This document shows, piece by piece, positions 26,955 through 34,927 of a stretch of DNA of 60,602 nt. This DNA comes from Clostridiaceae bacterium (GTDB lineage Bacteria; Bacillota; Clostridia; Saccharofermentanales; DTU023): the NCBI GenBank assembly GCA_012519085.1, contig JAAYQX010000028.1, positions 1 to 60,602 of the forward strand, in the 5' to 3' direction. A program made the translations under genes and the position numbers. The notes under the pieces were generated by a model that saw only the letters and a list, made by a program, of their open reading frames with translations, did not search any database and was not told the origin of the DNA. The first letter of the stretch is position 1; every line of letters begins with the position of its first letter.

Positions 26955-27134
26955 TTAGTTCATTAAATATCCACACCTCTGCATTAATATTAACAATATT
27001 TTTTGAAAAAACAGCTTAAAATCCCTGATAAGGAATCCGCTGTTTACAATGTGGATAAGGCCTATGACTTTTCTGGCAAATCTATCATCGCCAGGCGTGT
27101 AAAGCATTAAAAATCTCAGTCTTTGTAGAAACAC
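26955..27134 (-). CDS. candidate 59-codon ORF (GTG start), not in the supplied track
   Basis: AAGGAGAGGAG lies directly upstream of GTG (27134-27132). The open frame gives (M)FLQRLRFLMLYTPGDDRFARKVIGLIHIVNSGFLIRDFKLFFQKILLILMQRCGYLMN. TAA (26957-26955) falls 16 nt before the hyuA2 ATG. No family recognised, and the AT-rich context makes chance ORFs likely. Confidence 0.3.
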   Translation of the reverse strand: MFLQRLRFLMLYTPGDDRFARKVIGLIHIVNSGFLIRDFKLFFQKILLILMQRCGYLMN

Positions 27135-27191
27135 CTCCTCTCCTTGATCAGTAAGAGCAGTTGAAGAAACATATGCACAATTATGCGGATA

Positions 27192-27220
27192 ATATTATAT
27201 TTACTTTAACATGATTTCAA
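27192..27220 (-). promoter_or_regulatory. candidate sigma-A promoter of the hyuA2 operon
   Basis: On the minus strand, TTGAAA (27220-27215), 17 nt, then TAATAT (27197-27192). Alternatively, a 15-nt spacer to TATAAT. Confidence 0.35.
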
Positions 27221-27485
27221 ATGGAAATACAAGGCAATTCTTTTAGTTGCTCAGTAAATTTATGTTACTTTTTGTTCAACAAATATGGGAAAACACATTG
27301 GATTAAAGCATTATGTTTTAACCCAAGATGTTTTAAGCATTATCTGTAGTGACCATAAAAACTTATACGAATAATGCAATTTTAGTAAGTTAGCTTAGGT
27401 AAGTGCTGAGCCCAATAGTTCTTTGTGTTTTACTGAAGCTATTTTCCAGCATTATGCTGAATTTCTGCAACTTGAATTAAATAAA

Positions 27486-28460
27486 TTAAAATTTCACTTT
27501 CTGGCCGATACCATGCTCAACTGCCAACTCATAGAGTTTTCTCGCCACATGCAGATCTAAAATACCCATACCGACAGATTTAAAAAAGCTGGTCTCGCCG
27601 GGCTGCGGATAGACTTCTGTCCCCGCCTCCAGCAGATCACCGATATAGCGAATCTGATCCTCTGTAAAGAGACCTTCCTGCAGCGGATAGTAAAGATCTC
27701 CGGTTTCTTCCAGGGCGAAGGGCAGCTCAATATAGACCTCATCAAGCAGCTGCCAGATGCTGTCGGGAATTTCGCGCATTTCATGCTTATAGGAACCAAT
27801 CGCAATAATACACTTCCCGCGCAACAGTTCCGGATCATCAGGCAGAACCGGAACTTCAGCCGGAGTCGCCGTAATGACGATCTCACTCTTTTTTACCAGT
27901 TCTTCGCCTGACTTACAGACGAGAATATCCAGATCCGGCTGATCAATTTCCTTATGCAGGCGAGCAATAAATTCCGGCCAATCTTTATCGAAGGCGTCAT
28001 ATAGGTAGAGTCGCTCTAAATTCCGAGCGTTAGCCGCATAGATGGCCTGAGTAAAGCCCTGCTGTCCGGCACCGATCACACCCGCAGTTTTACAATCCGG
28101 CCGGGACAGATGTCTGACACCGACACCGCCGACAGCACCGGTACGAAGTGCCGTCAGATAGCGCGCATCCATAATCGATAGCGTCTTGCCGTTATCGAGA
28201 TCGTTAAGGAACATTAGTCCGTCCAGGTAGGGATAGCCTTTCTCAGGATTATCCAGGAAAAGCGTCAGAAATTTAGTGCCGAAAATTTCATTAGTAAAAC
28301 AAGGCATGAAAGTAATTGTGTCCCTGCCGCGTGTGACAGTCAAACGGTCGGGCGTCAGGGATTCACCGCGGGCAAAGATCCGGTATGCTTCCTCGACAAA
28401 GTCGATCATCTGCGGCCAACTCACCAATTCTCTCAGATCTTGTTCGTTTAAAATCAGCAT
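27486..28460 (-). CDS. ornithine cyclodeaminase/mu-crystallin family protein
   Basis: About 324 aa with the Rossmann motif GVIGAGQQG and the family-typical N-terminal region. ATG 28460 (SD GGGAGGT) is preferred over the track start 28511. Confidence 0.8.
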   Translation of the reverse strand: MLILNEQDLRELVSWPQMIDFVEEAYRIFARGESLTPDRLTVTRGRDTITFMPCFTNEIFGTKFLTLFLDNPEKGYPYLDGLMFLNDLDNGKTLSIMDARYLTALRTGAVGGVGVRHLSRPDCKTAGVIGAGQQGFTQAIYAANARNLERLYLYDAFDKDWPEFIARLHKEIDQPDLDILVCKSGEELVKKSEIVITATPAEVPVLPDDPELLRGKCIIAIGSYKHEMREIPDSIWQLLDEVYIELPFALEETGDLYYPLQEGLFTEDQIRYIGDLLEAGTEVYPQPGETSFFKSVGMGILDLHVARKLYELAVEHGIGQKVKF

Positions 28461-28474
28461 TTTAACCTCCCTAA

Positions 28475-28544
28475 AGGCTCCAATCTCAGATAGCCGGCGG
28501 TCCCGGTCCAAGCCGGTGCCGCCGGATCGACAGATATGGAGCCT
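28475..28544 (-). other. nested GC-rich stem-loop between the pfp and OCD-family genes
   Basis: In plus-strand coordinates, the outer stem is AGGCTCCA (28475-28482) / TGGAGCCT (28537-28544). The inner stem is CCGGCGG (28494-28500) / CCGCCGG (28519-28525). The 3' arm on the mRNA ends 7 nt before the SD. Confidence 0.55.
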
Positions 28545-28553
28545 AATACTTTA

Positions 28554-29804
28554 TTAACCCGGTCTACCGGCCTGAATTTTGCGCAAGCGAGCAAAACGCG
28601 GCAGACCATCAACTTTAATCTGTTTGGGCTCACCCTGGATCAGGGGCAGAGCATAATCGATATATTCTGCAGTAAGACCGTTTCCTGCCGCATTGATCCA
28701 TTCCTGCGGTATGACTTTTTCTTTGTTGGCAACCTCAGACAAGGGCATTTGGAAAGTCTCAATCCTGTAGTCAGAACCGTCACAGCGGCGGAAGGCCAGC
28801 ATGACATCTGTTGCTCCGGCCAAAGCAGCCTGCACCGATTCGGCACCGACTCTATAAGCTTCTTCGATATCTCTGCCTGATGCAATATGTGAGGCACTGC
28901 GCTGCAACAAGGACAGCTCGATCCCCCGGTTTTTGGCCTTTAGCTTGGACGACAGATAGTCTGCCAATACCTGAGCCGCACCGCCCAGTTGCTTATGGCC
29001 GAAGGCATCGACAGCCACTTCACTGACCAGCTCCGGAATGAAGCGCCCATCAGCGGTTTGAACGCCTTCGGAAACGGCAATCATAACATTATTATTCTTG
29101 GCATAGATCGCACTGACATCCTCGAGCATTCTTTCCAGATCAAAGCTGCGTTCCGGCAGATAAATCAGATCCGGACCATAGCCCGTAGCCTGGGCTAGAG
29201 CGGTAGCGGCGGCCAGCCAACCGGCATGGCGCCCCATAACCTCAAGCACAATGATCATACCGCGGTCATATACACGCGAGTCGAGAAAAACTTCCATCGT
29301 AGTAGTAGCAACAAATTTGGCAGCCGAACCGAAACCGGGACAGTGATCCGTGCCCCAGAGGTCGTTGTCTATAGTCTTTGGTACACCTATGACCCGGCAT
29401 TCATAGCCTTGCTGATCTAAATAGTGGGCGATTTTATCGCATGTATCCATGGAATCATTGCCGCCATTATAGAAAAAATAACGGATATTATATTTACGGA
29501 AAACCTCCAAAATCTTTTTATAGTCTGTATCATCTTCGGCAGGATCGGCCAATTTATAACGGCAACTGCCCAAAATAGAAGAAGGTGTGCCGAGTAGGAG
29601 CTTCAGCTCCTCCGGATCCTCCTGTCCGATGTCATAAAAATTTTCCTGCAAAATCCCAACGATACCGTGGGCTGCACCATAGACTTTGCCGATGATATCA
29701 GGATGTTTCAAGGCCTCCTCGAAAACTCCTGCGGCACTGGAGTTGATCACTGCGGTCGGTCCGCCCGACTGACCAAAGATCAAATTTCCTTTTAGGGCTG
29801 TCAT
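28554..29804 (-). CDS. pfp: 6-phosphofructokinase, probably pyrophosphate-dependent (PPi-PFK)
   Basis: PFK family (GGPTAVINSS, PKTIDNDL). It has GGNDS where ATP-PFKs have GGDGS, and PKTIDND where they have PGTIDND. Asp and Lys at these positions are the published PPi-specificity markers. ATG 29804 (SD AGGAGGA). Confidence 0.78.
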   Translation of the reverse strand: MTALKGNLIFGQSGGPTAVINSSAAGVFEEALKHPDIIGKVYGAAHGIVGILQENFYDIGQEDPEELKLLLGTPSSILGSCRYKLADPAEDDTDYKKILEVFRKYNIRYFFYNGGNDSMDTCDKIAHYLDQQGYECRVIGVPKTIDNDLWGTDHCPGFGSAAKFVATTTMEVFLDSRVYDRGMIIVLEVMGRHAGWLAAATALAQATGYGPDLIYLPERSFDLERMLEDVSAIYAKNNNVMIAVSEGVQTADGRFIPELVSEVAVDAFGHKQLGGAAQVLADYLSSKLKAKNRGIELSLLQRSASHIASGRDIEEAYRVGAESVQAALAGATDVMLAFRRCDGSDYRIETFQMPLSEVANKEKVIPQEWINAAGNGLTAEYIDYALPLIQGEPKQIKVDGLPRFARLRKIQAGRPG

Positions 29805-29944
29805 TATTTTCCTCCTGTTTTCTGTGTACACAGCTGCTGTCCGAACTGTCATCTGTTAACTGCAGCCGGCCACTGAGATTCATGTTCAATATAGCACAAT
29901 ATACTGCTTACCAAGTTTGTCTTTCCTAGCAACACGAGCCAAGA

Positions 29945-32050
29945 TCAAATAATCCGACTCAGATCACCATCCTGGCAGATTAGACCCGATAGAGGCGGCA
30001 AAGTCAAGCTGGTACCGGCGGCATCCGACTTTTTCAGCATCTCCCATAGCAGTACGGCACCCAGCTGTTCTGCCTCCGAGGCCAAAATCATCTTGTCCGC
30101 AACTTCAGCACTAAGCTGCACCAAGTCAAGTTTTTGCTCTTTTAGACCTCTGTTGATGAAACAGATGATCGCACTTTGTTCACCCGGCTCTCCGAAAATG
30201 TCAAGGCCATCCAGCAGATAGCGACCAAAGATGAAGACATCCTGTTGAGCCAGCAGTGGCAGATAATAGCCGCTGCGCAGAACAGTTCTTTGCCGCAGCC
30301 GACCCAGCTGGCGAAAAACCGAAGTCAGTTCCGGTTCCGGCTCCTGCCAAGGGAAAGTGGCTCTATTAAACGGATCGCAATAACCTTCCAGACTGCGCTC
30401 GTCCCCGTAATAGATGGCAGAACAGCCCGGATAACAGGTCTGAATTAAATAGGCCAGCATCAGCAATTTCTCACCCCGAGCTCTCTCAGCAGGACTGAGC
30501 TTCATTTTACTTTGTTGCTCCCGACTATAGCTGCCATCACCACCGGCCAATGCGGTAATAGCACGGCAAGTATCGTGGCTGGAAATCAGATTGAGATTGG
30601 CATAAAAAAGCGGCAGCGGATAGTGTTCACGGATGGTCTCAAGAGCCTGCAAGAGTTCCTGTGCCGGCAAATTGCCGCGCAAATAAGCTATCACAGCTTT
30701 ACGAAACGGATAGCCCATCAGCTGATGATGTGTCCTGCCGAAGGCGAAATCCCGATAACTGCCATAACTGTGCTTGCAGCTGGCATCCTCCCAGACCTCG
30801 CCCAGGAGCACCGCTTCCGGATTGACCTGTTCCAGACGCCTGCGAATAGCACGGATGAAACTGTCAGGTAATTCATCAGAAACATCCAAACGCCAGCCGG
30901 AAATACCGAGCTCAAGCCACTTTTGCAGGATGCCGCCGGGACCGGCAATATATTCCCGGAAACCAAGATCTAGCTCCTTGACATTCGGGAGCTCTACAAA
31001 ACCCCACCATGATTCATAAACGGCCTGGTCGCCGTTCAGGCTCAGATCAAACCAGCTGCTCCAGGGCGAATATACCTGATCTCTGGCGGCTTGGACAGCT
31101 CCCGCCTCCGGATAACGATCATAAAGATTGAAATAGCGGCTGTCAGCGCCGGTATGGCTGAAGACGCCATCCAATATCAGGCGGATACCTAATCGATCTG
31201 CCGCACTGCACAGTTCAGCCAGGTCTTGCTCTGTGCCCAGCAACGGATCAATTTGTTCATAATCGCCGGTATCATAGCGATGATTGGATCTGGCTTTGAA
31301 GATCGGATTGAGATAAATGACATTAACGCCCAATGCTTGAAGATAAGGCAACTTTTCCCTAATCCCGTTCAGAGTGCCGCCATAGAAATCGGTAGCAATA
31401 TAGCCGGTTTGCGGCTTGCCGCGGAAGTCAACCGGCTCGCTCCAGTCCTGATGACAGATGCGCTCAGGCAGATCACAGAGGTCGCGCATTTTCTCAGGGT
31501 CAAAGTCCCGGTCCCGAGCAAAGCGGTCTGGAAAAATCTGATAAAAGACGGAACCCGGCAACCAGGACGGCAGCTTAAGATCTTGCTCATGCACTGTAAT
31601 TTGCCAGCAGTCCTTAAAAGCTTGGTTCTCCTTATAGGCAGCCGGTTCCTGATCGACGACAGCTGTATCCGACGGAAAGCCCGGAGCAGGGATCACCCAT
31701 TTCTTGTCCCGCCGGCATTCAATCTCAAAATAGTAGAAGAAAAGAGCCGGCTCTGTAGGCATAGTCAGACTGATCTCATACCAAGCATTGTCGGCAGCAG
31801 TACGACGCTCGCCACCCTGCGATACAGATTCGCCGCAGCTAGACGCTGCCGCCTTCGGCGCAGCTATTTCCAACATAATGGCTTGATTTGTGAAAAAATC
31901 GTAGAGTCCATAGCTATAACAGAGCCGGACTTTTTTGACTGTCTCAGCTGCAGTTTGAATATGGATTCGGAATCTAACTTTGGTGCCGCCGGGCACTGCA
32001 CCATAAGGCTGGCGGAAGATTGCCAGTCGAGATCTGTGTTCTGCCCTCAT
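29945..32050 (-). CDS. GH13 alpha-amylase-family glycosidase (neopullulanase/cyclomaltodextrinase-like)
   Basis: GH13 regions I-IV are present: DGVFSHTG, GWRLDVSDE, LLGEVWE and LISSHDT. An N-terminal beta-domain precedes them. The ATG lies 2 nt after the glgA stop. Confidence 0.8.
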   Translation of the reverse strand: MRAEHRSRLAIFRQPYGAVPGGTKVRFRIHIQTAAETVKKVRLCYSYGLYDFFTNQAIMLEIAAPKAAASSCGESVSQGGERRTAADNAWYEISLTMPTEPALFFYYFEIECRRDKKWVIPAPGFPSDTAVVDQEPAAYKENQAFKDCWQITVHEQDLKLPSWLPGSVFYQIFPDRFARDRDFDPEKMRDLCDLPERICHQDWSEPVDFRGKPQTGYIATDFYGGTLNGIREKLPYLQALGVNVIYLNPIFKARSNHRYDTGDYEQIDPLLGTEQDLAELCSAADRLGIRLILDGVFSHTGADSRYFNLYDRYPEAGAVQAARDQVYSPWSSWFDLSLNGDQAVYESWWGFVELPNVKELDLGFREYIAGPGGILQKWLELGISGWRLDVSDELPDSFIRAIRRRLEQVNPEAVLLGEVWEDASCKHSYGSYRDFAFGRTHHQLMGYPFRKAVIAYLRGNLPAQELLQALETIREHYPLPLFYANLNLISSHDTCRAITALAGGDGSYSREQQSKMKLSPAERARGEKLLMLAYLIQTCYPGCSAIYYGDERSLEGYCDPFNRATFPWQEPEPELTSVFRQLGRLRQRTVLRSGYYLPLLAQQDVFIFGRYLLDGLDIFGEPGEQSAIICFINRGLKEQKLDLVQLSAEVADKMILASEAEQLGAVLLWEMLKKSDAAGTSLTLPPLSGLICQDGDLSRII

Positions 32051-32052
32051 AA

Positions 32053-33768
32053 CTATCTGTTATCGCTCCGGCTGCTTCGGCCTTTGCCACTGCCTCTTTT
32101 GCGGTTATTACGGCCCGGCTCTTCCGACTGTTCCGGTTCTTCTGGCTGTTCCCGTTTCTCCGGTTCATCCGTTTGTGCGGATTTTTTCGGCTGTTTAGGC
32201 TTTTCTACTTGTTTCGGTTGCTGTATTTGCTCCACTTCTTCGATTTGCTCAGTCTGCTGCCTCTCATCAGGTTGTTTAGGCAGTTCAGGTTCTTCCGCTT
32301 GCTCGGCTTCATCCGGAAGGCTCTTAGGGATAATAGCCTGGTAGATGACCGCGTATTCACGGGCAGAGTGCAGCCAGGAATAATCGCCGGTCATGGCTGT
32401 TTCGACTAAGCCGGCCCAGGCAGCCGGATCATTTTCATAGAGCTCAATGGCATCCTTGGTTGTAAATAGAAGCTCATGAGCATTAATATTGAGGAAGCCG
32501 AAACCATTGCCACTGCCATCGTACTGATTATAGGGCTGAACTGTATCAGCCAGACCTCCTGTCTGGCGAACCACAGGCAGACTGCCGTATCGCATGGCAA
32601 TCATCTGCGAAAGACCGCAGGGCTCGAACAAGGACGGCATAAGGAATAGGTCGGAGGCTGCGTAAAGCTGACGTGCCAGGACCGGATCAAACTCGATGAT
32701 AGCTCTCATCTGTTCAGGATGGCGCGCGGCCAGATCGCGGATGCGCAATTCATAATTCTCATCACCGGTGCCCAGGATGACCAGATTGGCCGCAGTCGTA
32801 GTCAAAAGCTCATCAGCTATATGTAACAACAGATCAATGCCCTTCTGATTAGTCAGCCTGGTCACCATGACCAGGAGCGGGTTGTCTGCTACTTCGGTCA
32901 GACCCAGATCGGTAGTGAGCGATTTCTTACAGATAGTTTTGCCGCTCAGCCAAGTGGTTACGTCATAGTTACTAGGTAGCACAGGATCTGTTGCCGGGTC
33001 ATAGGATACAGTATCAATCCCGTTAAGGATGCCTGTGATCTTAGTTTTCTCCGCTCGCAATACATAATTTAGACCTTCGCCGAAGTGGTCAGTCAGAATC
33101 TCTTCCGCATAAGTCGGCGAGACGGTTGTGATATGGTCGGAAAATAAAATACCGGCCTTGAGGAAATTGGGCACACCGTCTTTCAGGATCAGCTCATCCG
33201 TAAAATAGCTCTCAGGCAGATCAAACAGATCTTGCATCTGTGTTCTGCCATGCACGCCTTGATATTTTAGATTGTGGATTGTGAGAACAGTTTTCAGCTC
33301 AGTATGGTAGCCGTGAGGCCTATAATGCGCCTCCAGCAGTACCGGAATCATCGCTGTCTGCCAGTCATTAAGGTGCAAAATATCCGGCTGAAAATCCAGC
33401 GGCTCACCAAGGACTTCCAGAACAGCACGCTGGAAAAAAGCAAAGCGCTCAATATCAAAGGAATAATCCAAATATATATCATCATGACCGAAGTAATATT
33501 CATTATCGATCAGATAGACCGTAACATCTCCCAGTTGCAGGCGGAAAAGACCGCTGTACATAGTCCGCCAGCCGATCTGGATCATCGTCCAGCGCATAAA
33601 TTCAAGATCGTCACCATAAGCCAGCCTAATCTGACGATAAAGCGGTATGATGACGCGGGCATCATGGCCTGTCTCCAACAAGGCGGCCGGTAAAGAGGCG
33701 ACAACATCGCCCAGACCGCCGGTATGAGCCAGTGGACTCAGTTCAGAACTAACAAAAAGGATTTTCAT
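32053..33768 (-). CDS. glgA: glycogen synthase with a ~92-aa low-complexity C-terminal tail
   Basis: Contains KILFVSSELSPLAHTGGLGDV (the KTGGL-type motif) and a GT5 body of about 479 aa, followed by an E/P/Q/K-rich tail. Confidence 0.9.
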   Translation of the reverse strand: MKILFVSSELSPLAHTGGLGDVVASLPAALLETGHDARVIIPLYRQIRLAYGDDLEFMRWTMIQIGWRTMYSGLFRLQLGDVTVYLIDNEYYFGHDDIYLDYSFDIERFAFFQRAVLEVLGEPLDFQPDILHLNDWQTAMIPVLLEAHYRPHGYHTELKTVLTIHNLKYQGVHGRTQMQDLFDLPESYFTDELILKDGVPNFLKAGILFSDHITTVSPTYAEEILTDHFGEGLNYVLRAEKTKITGILNGIDTVSYDPATDPVLPSNYDVTTWLSGKTICKKSLTTDLGLTEVADNPLLVMVTRLTNQKGIDLLLHIADELLTTTAANLVILGTGDENYELRIRDLAARHPEQMRAIIEFDPVLARQLYAASDLFLMPSLFEPCGLSQMIAMRYGSLPVVRQTGGLADTVQPYNQYDGSGNGFGFLNINAHELLFTTKDAIELYENDPAAWAGLVETAMTGDYSWLHSAREYAVIYQAIIPKSLPDEAEQAEEPELPKQPDERQQTEQIEEVEQIQQPKQVEKPKQPKKSAQTDEPEKREQPEEPEQSEEPGRNNRKRGSGKGRSSRSDNR

Positions 33769-33816
33769 TGTGTCTTCCTTTCACTGCCGGAACAACTTGG
33801 TGCGGTACCCGGGTTA

Positions 33817-34926
33817 TTAAACCAGAGAACCTTTGCCAATCAAGACCGGATAGTCCGGCTGACCTTTGAGTTCAACTCCGCTGCGGATAACGCAGTCCTT
33901 ATCAATGATAACATGCTCGAGCACCACTCCGTCCTGAATCACTACATCCTGGAAGATGATTGAGTTCTTGACCACACTATGCTTGCCCATATCAACACCG
34001 CGGAAGAAAACGCTGTTCGAGACCTCGCCGCGGATAATACAGCCGTCTGATGAGAGCAGATTGCTGGCTTTGCAGCCGGTGACAAATTCCGCCGGAGCTT
34101 CGTTCTTGACCTTGGTAAAGACCGGTCGTTCCTGACGGAACAGATGATTGCGCACCTTGCTTTCCAACAGCCTCATACTGGCGCTGTAATAAGTAGCAAC
34201 AGAGTTTATCCGTAGGGAAAAGCCATCATGCTCACAGCCACGGATATCCAGATCAGGGAACATCCGCAGCAGCGTTAATTGTGTAAATTCGTTGAAACCG
34301 CGAGCGATAGCTGCCTCCAACAGTGTGATGAAAAGGTCGCGCGAGATGATGGAGAGCCCGAGGAAGTTATTGTCATTTGCCAGATGAGGAGCATCGAGCA
34401 GCAGGTCAACAACCCTGCCCTGCTTGTTCAGTTCCAGGCTGATAACCGGAGAACCGAAACGCGCTCCGTCCTTATTATACAGAACTGTTATCTCCGCCCC
34501 TGACTCAACATGTTTCTCAAACAATTTTTCATAGCGTTCATTCATGATCACATTACTGTCGGAAATAACCACATATTTCTGATTGCCATTTTCGACATAA
34601 TTCAGCAAACCGGAAAGATCTGAGGTTTGTGCTCCGCGCATGATACTCTGATTAATAAAAGGCGGCAGAATAAACAGGCGTTGTGTCATCCTGTCTAAAT
34701 CCCAGGAGGCTCCGGTACCCAAATGATCCATCAGGGAACGGTACTTTGTCTCGGCTAGGACGCCAACTGTCTTGATACCGGAATTGACCATATTGGAGAG
34801 AATAAAGTCAATGATGCGGTAGCGCCCGGCAAAGGGCACTGCTGCCAAAGCTCTAGGCCCGGTCAACTCACCCAGGTGAACCTGGTCATGGTCTGCCACT
34901 ATCAATCCCATCGCATTTATCAGCAT
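33817..34926 (-). CDS. glgD: glucose-1-phosphate adenylyltransferase subunit GlgD
   Basis: GlgC paralogue lacking the GGxGxRL motif (N-terminus MGLIVADH...). Sits in the classic Firmicutes glgC-glgD position. ATG 34926 lies 1 nt after the glgC stop. SD GGAGGTG. Confidence 0.8.
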   Translation of the reverse strand: MLINAMGLIVADHDQVHLGELTGPRALAAVPFAGRYRIIDFILSNMVNSGIKTVGVLAETKYRSLMDHLGTGASWDLDRMTQRLFILPPFINQSIMRGAQTSDLSGLLNYVENGNQKYVVISDSNVIMNERYEKLFEKHVESGAEITVLYNKDGARFGSPVISLELNKQGRVVDLLLDAPHLANDNNFLGLSIISRDLFITLLEAAIARGFNEFTQLTLLRMFPDLDIRGCEHDGFSLRINSVATYYSASMRLLESKVRNHLFRQERPVFTKVKNEAPAEFVTGCKASNLLSSDGCIIRGEVSNSVFFRGVDMGKHSVVKNSIIFQDVVIQDGVVLEHVIIDKDCVIRSGVELKGQPDYPVLIGKGSLV

Positions 34927-34927
34927 A

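Noticed and set aside
27006-27045. Terminator-like hairpin AAACAGC / GCTGTTT plus T-run in the hyuA2 leader, considered as a riboswitch expression platform
   Set aside because: The stem is only 5-7 bp with a ~23-nt loop and lies inside the candidate 59-codon ORF. I recognise no aptamer-like conserved core upstream. It is kept only as an alternative explanation in the ORF finding.
29822-29836. Perfect palindrome CTGTGTACACAG (overlapping CAGCTG) 12 nt upstream of the pfp SD, considered as a cre or Rex operator
   Set aside because: It does not match the cre (TGWAANCGNTNWCA) or Rex (TTGTGAA-N4-TTCACAA) consensus as I know them. It may be a leader hairpin or an unknown operator, but this cannot be supported further.
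31226-32344. 372-aa plus-strand ORF with a striking Cys/Ser/Gly/Leu-rich repetitive tail
   Set aside because: It is entirely antisense to the GH13 gene and to the acidic GlgA tail. The odd composition is the mirror image of the GAA/GAG/CCG-rich sense strand. It has no SD, while the sense-strand genes have strong family motifs.
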